64,000 nucleotides of DNA, taken from NCBI RefSeq assembly GCF_009914755.1, contig NC_060941.1; one strand, 5' to 3'. The notes beneath the pieces were generated by a model that did not search any database, had not been told where the DNA came from, and worked only from the letters and a program-made list of their open reading frames with translations. This document shows positions 60,318 to 64,000 of this stretch, one piece after another (the stretch's first letter is position 1; each line of letters opens with the position of its first letter). The stretch is from the human T2T-CHM13v2.0 reference genome, Homo sapiens. Made by a program: the position numbers and the translations under genes.

Positions 60318-60468
60318 CTGGCATGTGAACCATGCGGCAGTTGCAGTTTTCCACAATGTAGCGGGTCTCACAGTCAATCCTACAGGCGGTGATGCTGTAA
60401 ACAGGAAAAAAGTCGAGGCCCATCTCTGAGGATCGGCACTCACCCCACGGTGGGGGCAGGTATGTGAG
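60318..60468 (-). CDS. ASIC2: ASIC2 coding exon ([51 protein letters not shown]), 151 nt; upstream exons lie beyond the window
   Basis: TTGCAG/GTCAGT boundaries; ENaC/DEG cysteine-rich signature. Confidence 0.97.
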
Positions 60469-60624
60469 CTGCAAGACAGGAAGGAGGGGGCGGCAGTCAG
60501 CCTCAACAGACTCAGTAACTCATTCATTTACTTACTCAATCAACAAACAATTATTGAGCATTTAAATACCATTAACTTTATAGACCTTCAACATCTGGCT
60601 CCAATACTAGTTTTCTTACCTTAC

Positions 60625-60762
60625 TTTAATTTTTTCTTTTTTCTTAGAGACAAAGTTTCACTATGTTGCCCAGGCTGGTTTTGAACTCCTGGCTCAAGCG
60701 ATCCTCCTGTCTCGGCCTCTCTAGTAGCTGGGACTACAGGTGGGCACCATCAAGCCCCACCC
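60625..60762 (-). mobile_element. Alu monomer (FLAM-like)
   Basis: Single reverse arm. Confidence 0.8.
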
Positions 60763-61224
60763 TAACTTATCTTTTATAATCTTCCCATAAATGCGGTTCT
60801 CCTCAGAGTCTCTTACCCCCACCATGTCTTCCCACTTCCACATTTTGCCATCTTGCATCTCTTGGAAAGACCCAACTAAATTCCACCCTCTTGGTTTGAG
60901 ACATTGGAATCCCAGACCTAGACCTGGAGGACGAAACCCAGAGGAAGATTCAGAATGAAATGGCTCTAGGCACTATCCTTCTTATTTATAGTCCTGGGCC
61001 TGGACTAGAGAGACTTTCCAAGTCATGCTGTAGATGGCACCTTTTCCCTTTGGAGAAAATTACATTCCTATTTTCAGAGGTCCAGTGATCATAAATGCTC
61101 TCATAGCATCTATGGTACTTGCCTAGTGGGAAGGGTGAAGGATGAGGGAACTAATGGTTGTTGAGCATTTTCTAGGTGTTGAGTCCTTTATATCCATTTT
61201 TCAAGATTAAAGAATAAAAACACA

Positions 61225-64000
61225 ATACAATGTACAAATATTAAGTGCACTATTCAATATATTCTAACAAAGGTGTTTGCCCATGTAACCAGCACACCAA
61301 CCAAGATAGAGGACATTTTAAAACACCCTAGAAAGTTCGTTTCTGTCCCTGTCCAATCAGTCCCCAACCTACCTGGGTAATCACGGTTATGAATTCTCTC
61401 ACCATAGGTTGGCTTTGCCTGTTCTCAAACTTCATATAAATGAAAGCTTACACTATGTGCTCTTTTGCATCTAGCTTCTTTCACTCAACATAGTGTCTCT
61501 GAGGTTCATCTACATGGTTGTTTGCACCAGGAGTTCTTTCCTTTTAATTACTGAATAGTTTTCCAGCATTATGTATGACTACACTAAAATTTGCTTATCC
61601 ACTCACTTGATGATGGGCATTTGGATGGTTTCCAGTTTTTGGTAATCATGAAAAAACTCCTATGAATATTTATACATAAGTCATTTTGTGGACATATGTT
61701 TTAATTTCTCTTGAGTAAATGGCTAGCAGTGGAACAGCTGGTTTGTAAGATAGGTATAGGCACAACTTTATAAGAAACTGCCCAACTGTTATCCAAAGTG
61801 GTTCTTCTATTTTATATTTCCACCAGTAGTGTCTGAGAATTCTCATTACTCTACATCCATGCCAAATCTGGACTTCGTCCACCTTTTTGATTTTAGCCAT
61901 TTTTGTAGGTGTATGGTTGCATCTCATTTGTATTTGTGGTTCCCTGACGGATGATTTTGAGCACAATTTTATGTGTTTGTTGGTCATTCATATATAATCT
62001 TTTGTGAAATGTCTGAGTTTTTTGTCCATTAAAAATTATTATTTTTTAACTTTTACTTTTGGGTTGTAAGAGTTGTTCATATATTCTGGATTCAAGTCCT
62101 TTGTCAGACACATGTATTGTAAATATTTTGTCCATACCACCTATAGTCTGTGGCTTACCTTTTCATTTTCTTAATGGTATCTATTTTTTAAAATCAACTT
62201 CAGAAGATATAATTTATATACAATAAAATGCATCCATTTTAATGTTCAATTTAATAAATCTTTAGAAGTGTATACACCCTTGTAACAACTACCCTAATCA
62301 GATATAGAACATTTCCATGAATCCCCAGAATTTCCTATTTGCAGTCACTGCCTCCCTGCCAACCCTCAGGCAACCCCCAATATGCTTTCTGTTGTTATAA
62401 ACTAGATTTGCCTGTGTTAGTGTTGTATATAAATAGAATCAGACAGTATGCATTCTTTTGTGTTTGGCTTCTTTCTCTCAGCGTAATGTTTTTGAGATTC
62501 ATTCATGCTTTTGCACGTATCAGTAGTTCATTCTCTTTTATTGCCGAGTTTTACTTCTTCCTTTCTAGTCTTTATTATTATTTTTATTTCTTTTTCTTAC
62601 CTTGCTGTATTAGCTAGAAACTCCAGTATCATGTTGGAATAAAACTGGAGAGAGAGGATATCTTCCCTTTTTCCATCTTAGGAAGGAGGGTTCATTATTA
62701 CACCATAATATATTAGGAATATATTTTTCTTAGATGTGCTTGTCACATTGAGAAAGTTCTGTCTTATTTCTCATTTGCTGAGAGTTTTTATCATCAGTGA
62801 TATATATTTTGGCAAATATACTTTCTACTTCTATTGAGATGATCACATGATTTTTCTCCTTCATTCTATTAACACAGTGAATGGTATTGATTGATCTGAA
62901 GAAGCTGAACCCAACTTACACTCCTGGGATAAACTCCACTTAGTCATAATTTATTATCCGCCTTATATGTTGCTCTATTCAATTTGCTAATATCTTGTGG
63001 AGGTTTTTTGCATCTATGTTTATGAGGCATATTGTATTTAATTTACTTTTCTTATAACCTCCTTGTCAAGTTTGGGTATTGGGAGTGTGCTGACCTCATA
63101 AAATTAGTTATCAAGTGTTTCCTCTTTCTCAATTTTTTGAATTTGTACGGACTTGGTACCATTTCTAACTTAAATGTTTGATAGAATTTGCCAGTGAAGC
63201 CATCTGGACCTGGTGATTGTGTGTATGCGTGTGAAGATTTTTAATTATGAATTCAACTCTTTTAATAGATACAGAGACATTCAGATTTTCTATTTTTGTT
63301 CTTGTGCTAGTTTTGGTAAGTTGTGTTTTTTCCCCAAGGAATTTGTTCATTTCATCTAGATTTTTGAATTTGTGGGCATAAAGTTGTATGTAATATTCTT
63401 ATCATTTTTTAATGTCTGTAGGATTTACAGTTATGTCTTTTCATGTCTGATTACTGGTAATTTGTATTCTATTTTTCCTTATTGTTAATAATTTCTAATT
63501 TCATTATGTTTTGGTCAGAAAACATCCTCCCCATGGTTTCATTTCTTAAACATTTATTGAGATGTTTTTATGATACTGGACAAGAAAAATAAATCAATGT
63601 TCGATTTTGTTGAATGTTCCACGTGCACCTGAAAAGTATATGCATTCTGTAACTGTTGGCGTACTGTTTTACAAAAGGCAATTAGGTTTAGTTGTTTAAT
63701 ATTGTTGCTCGGATCTTCTATATCTTTACTAATTTTTTCATCTGCTTACTAATCAGTTATGAGAGAGGAGTATCAAAACATCTAACTATGACTATGGACT
63801 TGTCTGTTTCTCCCTTTAGTTTTCTCAATTTTTGCTTTGGGTATTTCTGAAACTTATTAGGCATATACATATTTAGGATTGCTACATCTTCTGGATGACT
63901 TGACCCTGTCATCATTGTGAATAATCATCTCATACAATGTCCTTGTTTTGAAGTTTACTTTGCATGATAACAGACATGGCAGCTTTATTCTCCTACTATT
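61225..64000 (-). mobile_element. Cluster of ancient L1M fragments in an ASIC2 intron
   Basis: AT-rich reverse L1 3' UTR and ORF2 remnants (ORFs 61670-61987 and 63165-63350 resemble L1 ORF2 pieces). Confidence 0.75.

Noticed and set aside
59920-60527. Overlapping 168-169 aa ORFs around an ASIC2 exon
   Set aside because: Antisense or alternative-frame shadows of the real exon, with no recognisable homology

Overview
This is primate, almost certainly human, genomic DNA and not microbial; the gene pair matches the chr17 SPACA3/ASIC2 locus as I recall it. It holds two convergent protein-coding genes. SPACA3 (SLLP1, the sperm lysozyme-like protein) is complete on + with 5 exons and 215 aa (CDS 24004-29849). 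The last seven coding exons and 3' UTR of the acid-sensing channel ASIC2 lie on - (60468 down to about 45160). The rest is dense, often nested, repeat DNA: L1PA/L1M, a deleted HERV-I-like provirus, THE1/MST/MLT LTR elements, about 20 Alus, MER DNA-transposon relics, and mini- and microsatellites. Nearly all ORFs in the supplied track are repeat-derived noise. I found no new gene family or prokaryotic-type system. The most unusual structures are: (1) an MST/MaLR element with two inverted LTRs bounded by one 5-bp TSD (18455-20945); (2) an L1 3' transduction of about 450 bp nested in an Alu tail (34797-35331); (3) a degenerate 17-bp array of RFX X-box-like sites (8370-8790); (4) a SPACA3 promoter built from a 20-bp MRE/CACCC-rich minisatellite plus a 71-bp Z-DNA-prone tract; (5) a foreign GC-rich cassette with a splice donor at the gag-to-integrase deletion of the ERV, a candidate upstream SPACA3 first exon; and (6) a candidate CTCF site between the two genes. 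Repeat subfamily names come from memory of consensus sequences and were not searched.
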